Assembly (NCBI GenBank): GCA_964016885.1
Contig: OZ024741.1
Coordinates: 134,664,001-134,728,000 of the forward strand
Origin: Eledone cirrhosa
Lineage: Eukaryota
Direction: 5' to 3'
Length of the DNA: 64,000 nt
Within the stretch, counting starts at the first letter, position 1; every line of letters begins with the position of its first letter. This document shows, piece after piece, positions 53,189 to 64,000 of this stretch. The position numbers and the translations under genes were made by a program. Below the pieces are notes generated by a model. The model was not told the DNA's origin. It saw only the letters and a list, made by a program, of their open reading frames with translations, and searched no databases.

Positions 53189-54657
53189 ACACAATCAGCT
53201 CTCTCTCTTCCATTCTCCTTCTCTGTCTCATCTCCCTCTCTCTATGTCTCTCTTTAAATCTACTCTCTCACAACCACTGTCTCTTTCTCTCTAGCCTCCT
53301 CTCTGTGTTTATGAAGGTACCCAGAAAAACCCCATAACTCAGGACCCGTCCTACGATTTACGCGAAACTTATTTTATTCCATTTGTATTCGCATTTCAGG
53401 GCCAATTTCCTTTCAAAGTATTTTCCCATTATGCGCCCTTTTGGCTGTGTTACATTACAGACAAGCAAGCAATCACAGAGTTTTAGTAGTATGTAGATAG
53501 ATAGAAATTGGACCAGTTGGCATGAAAATAATTTAACTGTAGCAGCCATTATCAATTTCATTTCTCTTCGCTGTTAGAGGAAGGGAAAGCACCGAAACAT
53601 ATTCAACACTGCCTGTCTAGTCAATATACCTCATGCATCTGTGTTGATTTCTAGAAACAAGACATTCTATTGATAACAAAACAGATGATATAATCCTGCT
53701 GTTTACAAATATATTAATTAACAGCAGGAATAAATAAAACAAAAGGAATGGTACCTGGTTCCTTAAGATCTCAGCTTCCCTGTAGTGTTGGTTACATAGG
53801 ACTATAGGGATGAATAATTAGTATTTTTACAGGAGGTGGGTTGAGAAATAAAAACGTAGAAAGAAGTGTCGTACTTCAATATTCTGAAATAAGGTTATGA
53901 GTTTCATTCCAGGACCCGATGGCACACTGTGTCCTTGAGCAAGACACTTTATTTCACATTACTCCAGTCTATTCAGCTGCTAAAAATGAGTTGCACCTGT
54001 AACTCAAGGGTCAGTCATGTCAGTCAGTATCGTACTGAATCTCCCTGAGAACTATGTTAAGGGAACATGTGTCTGTCAAATGTTAAGCTACTTAGAGTCA
54101 CGTCGAACCACTCTCAGTAGAATTTGAAGTCAGAAATATTGATGTAGCTGGCTAGGAACTGTGGTATAAACATAGGTGGCTGAGCATTCTACAGGCATGT
54201 GTACCTTTAACATACTTCTTTGGGAGATTCAGTATAACATACAGTGTGTGTCAAGGCTGGCCCTTTGAATTACAGCAACAGTTCACCTGATGGGTTTCCA
54301 GGCAGGTTCTATCTACCGAATTTCATTCACAAAACATGGATCAACCTGAGGCTATGGTAAATTACATTTGTCTAAAATGTCAGGCAGTGGAGTTGAACTC
54401 TGAACCTAATGATTATAAGTGAACTTATTTACCATTTGTCATTGTTGCTGCATCCACTATTAGGAATTATAAACCGCGTGAAAATAGCTCTCAACCAGAG
54501 GTCTAGTGAGGTTGTGAACCATAACTCCTAAAATCACGGAACAATCGACAGATCGGTCGTGTAGACTAATAACAGAAAAGGAGGATGTGAGGAGGAGAAA
54601 GAGGGGAGTAGAAAATAGAGTGAGAAGAGAAAAAGAGTCGAAGAAGGAGGATACTGC

Positions 54658-54696
54658 TATAAAAGATCACGCAAGGCTTGTGGCTCCTAGTTCAGT
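54658..54696 (+). promoter_or_regulatory. core promoter of copy C: TATAAAAG and Inr TCAGT
   Basis: Consensus TATA at 54658, TCAGT at 54692, purine-rich upstream tract. Confidence 0.65.
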
Positions 54697-54821
54697 CGCT
54701 CTGCGATCTCACGTAGGAGTCATCACATCCAAGTGAGTCTGGCTAATCGGCTCAAGTTTCCTACCACAGAAGAAATTCACTTCTTTCTTGAACACTCAAA
54801 AATATTATCAAATCTTTAATA

Positions 54822-58282
<3,461 letters not shown>

Positions 58283-58318
58283 ATTTCCTGAATTAATTAA
58301 AATGTAACAAGGTTTTGA

Positions 58319-58324
58319 AATAAA
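58319..58324 (+). terminator. polyadenylation signal AATAAA (copy C)
   Basis: About 37 nt after the stop, followed by a T-rich tract. Confidence 0.5.
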
Positions 58325-60662
58325 TTTTGAAGTTAATCTATATTTTGTTCTATTTTTTTTTTAATTTCCTAATAATGTAATGATCTGATGGTTACTTTTG
58401 TGGTGTGGTGGTTGTAGGTAGGGTTATGGAGTATGTGTGCTGGGGTTTCTTGCCTATTTTATTGAGGTACTTTTCTACATTCCCTCGTATAGTCCTTATG
58501 ACAGGTGTGCGTATAGGGGGTGGGGTTATTTACTTAGACCATAGATCGGGTTTAATTGCTTTCACCAAAGTGAACTACTTTAACAGCAGTCCAGATGTTG
58601 GTGTTAAGAAGCTGTCCAACAGATATACTCACCTACCCACTACAATGATCTGTTCTGAACAAGACCCACATATATAAATGTCCGCTTTCTCTCTCGGTCC
58701 TTTTTTTTCTTTTCTCTTTCTTTTACTCAAATATTGGAACCATATAGCATTTTTTTCTCAATTGCCTACTCAGCAAAAGCAATGTCCGTGCTACTTTTTA
58801 AGTCACCAAGAAAGGTGTGCGTGTAGAGTTGGTTCTTTCCTTAGACCATAGAACGGGTCTAAGTGCTTTAAAAAAAGTGAACATTCACAGTAGCCCCTAC
58901 TCCAGCTGTTGGAGTTAAGCTGAAATAAAATAACTCTAAAGTGAAGCGCTTAACTAAACGCCCATGTTTTCACCAACTAGCTTTTCATGTTTTCTTTTTT
59001 CTATTTATTTATTTATTTATTTATTTAAATGAATGCATTATTCTTTTGAAATATGGCACGTGGCTAGCAAAGATGATTAAATAATTCCTAATACTTGACT
59101 TTGTGTGCTCGTCATTAGGGAGTTGGATCATAATTTTGTGGGTTCGGTTCTGGTGTTTTTGAGCAAAGATCATAATGTAGATTCGATTCCTGAACTAGGT
59201 CGCGTGTTCTTGAGTAAAACACTTCATTTTATGTTGTTACAGTATGTTCTCAGCTGAAAATGAGTGCCAGCTGTAACTGAGAGTTTAACCTTGCGATCGA
59301 CTTGTGTTCTGTTCAGAGGAAAGTTTTATATTGTCAGTCACTTAACGTCAAGGAAATATAAAATTGGAAGTGAAAGATTTTAATCTGTATTTTCTTGCTC
59401 AATTCCTAGAAGCGACTGGAATAAAAGTGATATTGGTAAATTAATCTTTAAGCCAATAATTATTTGGTTTGGTCGGCATATAGTTATGACTACAACAATA
59501 ACATTAACCATCACAACTATAACCACAATTACAGCAACAACAACTACAACAAACATTTGAATTCAGAACGTAATGGGCCATGACTATATGCCGACCACAC
59601 TAATTAATAATTGGTTTAAATATTAATTTACCAATATCACTTTTATTCCAGTCGCTTCTAGAAAATTCAGCAAGAAAATACAGATTAAAATATTTCACTT
59701 CCCATTTTATGTTTCCTTGACGGTAAGTGACTGACAATATAAAACTTTCCTCTGGACAGGACACCAGTCGATCGCAAGGTTAAACTCTGAGATACAGCTG
59801 GCACTTATTTTCAGCTGAGAATATACTGGAACACAAATCGAACCCACAATACTATGGTCTTAATTCCAACACCCTAACTACGAAGCCACGTTACTCAAGT
59901 ACAGGGATTTACTCAACAATCTTAGCTAGCCATGTGCCATATTTAAAAACAATATTTCATTCATTTAAAGAAAGACATCTGTTGTTAATTGGTGGAAATA
60001 AGGGTGTGGAGCTAAGAGCTTCATTTACAGCTGTTATTTGTGGTTGATTCCATTGCATAACACCCTAGATGTTTTACACTATAGCTCCAGACCAGATGAT
60101 TTCTCCACAACATTTGGTAGACAGCAACTGTGCAGAAGCCTGCTGCTGGGGCCATTCTTTTTCTTGGGTAAGTGAGTATATATCTGATGGCCAGCTTAAC
60201 ACCAGCATCTGGATTTGGACCGCTGTCAAAGTTGTTCACTTTGTTGAAAGCACTTAGGCCCGTTCTATGGTCTAAGGAAAGAAACTCCCTACCCGAACAC
60301 ATGTCTTAGGAACTTGAAAAGGGGCACGGACATTGTCTTATTTGGATGAAGCCCCTGAGGACAACTGCAATATGGTTCCAAGAGATGAGTTAAAAAAAAG
60401 AGTGAAAGAGAAAGACATTCGTATATGTGAGGCTTGATCAGAGCAGATCATTGTAGTTGTGGCAGGAAAGATGAGGGAACGTACATGAATAAAATAGGCC
60501 AGTGATCCCAAGCACACATTCTCCTTAGCACCCTTACATAGAACCACCACACCACCAAAGTAACCATCAGACCATTACATGTATTGGGAAAAATAACAAA
60601 GAATAAAAAAGAACAAAACATTTATTTCAAAACATTGTTACATTTTAATTCATTCAGGAAAT

Positions 60663-61496
<834 letters not shown>

Positions 61497-62155
61497 CTGG
61501 AAAGAAATCGATGAGAATAAAATCAGCGTTATAGCCTCACGAAGTATTTCATGTAAAATAGATAGAAGATAATGTGTTGGTCCTCCTTTAGTTGTGATGT
61601 TTAGTTGTACGATCAGCTGAACAACCAGCTCAAGAAATTAATATACATTTTGCTGAGCATTCCACTGATACATTGACCTTTAACGTATTTCTCAGGGGGG
61701 ACTCATCATGACAGTGTGTGACAAGAAATCGATGGAATGTTTAAAATTGAATTGGAGAAAGCTAGACATCAACATATTACAGGTTTAACCATTTTGTGAA
61801 CGCACTTGGCTTAGTGGTTAGAGAACTCGTTTCACAATTGTGTGGTTACGAGTTCGATTCCAAGACCAGTCGATATATGTCCCTGAGCAGCACTATTTCA
61901 CGTTGCTCCTTCCGTCAGGAGTTGTGATCAGCAGATACTTTAAGCATTAGAAAGACTAATGGAAAAGTTTTCTTTGTCCGATGTGATGAGTCCTACACAC
62001 CAGCTTAATAATTAGATTTTTCGTTTATTACTAGACCCTTTCATATTCTTGAGGATTTTCAAAACTATTTCAAAATCGTAGGCAATGTCTTTCATTAGAA
62101 ATACGGTCGCGATATGTTTAAATGCAAGGTTTCTTAGTTTAATATCCATACAGCA

Positions 62156-63260
62156 GTGTCACCCTCCTCAGTCCCTCCAATCTCTATCTCCTCTGCCTCT
62201 CCGCACAGATCACTGAACCTGTTCCTCACTTCTATCGTGAACTTCTGTAGCTTATCATCTTCCTTGAAAGCTCCCCAGTCATAGATTGCTCTCCGGGGCT
62301 GAGCCTTGCTCTTTCTTAAGCTCACCAGGACCTCACTCATAACAAGCCGGTAGACACTGCCCAGTGTACTGAAATAGTTGTATGGTTCTGTGTTCAGAAC
62401 ACTATTCCGTCACTTTTCCCTCACCAGAATGAAATCAATTTGGGACTTGGACAGGTGCATATCTGAGATGTAGGCCCACATCTTCCCCCGATTCTTTCTA
62501 AACCCTAGGTTGGTTGTCATCAAGTTCGCCTCCAGCAGGGTGTCTCTCAGTAGTCTTCCATTTCGGTTGGTGTTGTTCTGGAAGTACCAGCAAGGATCTT
62601 CACTGCTCTCCTTACTCAGATGTGCATTGAAGTCCCCCAGAACAAGCAGGATGTTGTGAGATTGTGTGGTGTTGACAGCTCTACACACCTCCTCGAGGTA
62701 CTCCTCCGCACTAACATCACTGTCTCCCTCGGTTGAACTATAGGCTGAGATGACTGTCAGTCTTGGGTTTCCATTGAAGGTCACCCTCAACACTCGTGGG
62801 GAGACAGGTATTATTTATCTCCCCAATAGAGTGGTTTTTGCACTGAAAACAAACCCACTCCTCCTACTGCAGCATTGGTCATGTTCTTCACTGCTGATGT
62901 GGTGATGAGCTGACTCCTCTTCCAAATCATCACTCTCTTCACGGGCTCATCGTGTAGCATCCTGTGTTCTTGGAACGCAAGTATCTGTAAACCACTCTCC
63001 TCGAACAGATGACCCAACTCCTCTCTCTTCTCCAGCGTTCGAATAGTCCTCACATTCAGAGTGCCCATTTTAATGGCTCTTCTGCAAGACAAAACTGCAT
63101 TCTTTATATTTGTCTCAGAGACAGCTTATCCATCATCCACTGGCTTCCCTGTGGCTCTAAGACAGCAGAGTCATAACGACCAGACTGCTCCTTGACAGTA
63201 TAGTTAGGTTATCTAACCCTAGTGCTGTTAAATCGACTCTCCAAGGTTCTTTTCAGTGGC
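62156..63260 (-). mobile_element. LINE (RTE-X-like) 5' segment with APE endonuclease, inverted
   Basis: GTLNVRT, QEHR, GGVG, ISAYS, LGDFNAH, NRNG, QIDFIL; followed by linker F.IEVRNRFSDL. Confidence 0.85.
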
Positions 63261-64000
63261 TGATACAGGTACGGGTACTTCACCATGCAGTGGTAGAAGC
63301 AAGTGAGACCCTGGAGCCGAGGAGAAAGAACGAGAGGAAGCACGTCAGCTCTGCAGACCCAAAAATGTGTGCAGCCAGAGAACACCTGAAAGCTATCAAG
63401 GGCCAATTCTATGCTGATCCTACGGAGGAGAGGAAGGAGAATATGGAGGTAATGAGGGAATAACTCTGTACCGCTTACACTGAGGCCAGAGAGGAGGCAC
63501 TGATAGAGAAGATCAGTGTGGAGAGTGCGGTTGACAGGTCTGGATGTCAGGAGAGCTGGATGATCATCAACGAGATCATAGCGAGGAATAGAGGGTATTC
63601 GAGTCAGATCCAGGGAACAGGGCTCGAGAATAGGAAGAGAAAATGGCTGGACCATTTTAGGACCCTACTAGGAGAGCCGTCCTCCACAGCCTAGAACATT
63701 GTGGATATCAGGCGGCTGTTTGAGGAACTGTATATTGTGACAGGACCCTTCACCAGAGAGGAGCTTCAGAGAGCCAAGGAGAGGATCAAGGAGGGCAAGG
63801 CTCATGGAGAAGATGGAGTGGCATCAGAGGTGATGAAGAGGTGTGATTTTTATGATATCATCCTGGAGTTCTGTAACCAGGTACTGGAGAAAGGAGTTGC
63901 CCAGAATCAGTGGAGGATCAGTAACATCGTCCCAGTGCCAAAGAAGGGAGATCTCTCTAACACCAACAACTACAGGGGGATCTCACTGACGTCACTTGTG
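63260..64000 (+). mobile_element. same LINE, linker and start of RT domain (runs off window)
   Basis: KAHGEDGVASEV...QWRISNIVPVPKKGDLSNTNNYRGISLTSLV; in-frame stops. Confidence 0.85.

Overview
AT-rich, repeat-laden eukaryotic genomic DNA. It is probably a cephalopod (octopus-like), inferred from the SINE/RTE repertoire and microsatellite load and not proven. The core is an alpha-tubulin gene array of about 11 copies or fragments. Two + strand genes look intact, each with 3 exons (a lone ATG exon, a 223-nt exon 2 and a long exon 3): 14989-19398 (451 aa) and 54822-58282 (449 aa). There is one full-length + strand pseudogene (40808-44686) and at least 8 deleted or frameshifted fragments, mostly on the - strand. 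The copies form a repeated higher-order unit: a + gene, a tail-to-tail inverted copy with a shared C-terminal deletion ending GEY/SEY, then a second inverted fragment. In the last unit this makes a ~5.4-kb quasi-palindrome with a ~90-nt spacer. Interspersed elements are three RTE-type LINEs, an RTE-X-like LINE with a twin-priming-type 5' inversion, two Gypsy LTR elements, a Buster-type hAT with an 8-bp TSD carrying Penelope-like and Helitron-like cargo, a decayed DDE transposase, many tRNA-derived SINEs and microsatellites. No prokaryotic-type systems such as CRISPR arrays or operons are present. All coordinates were read by eye and may be off by a few bases.
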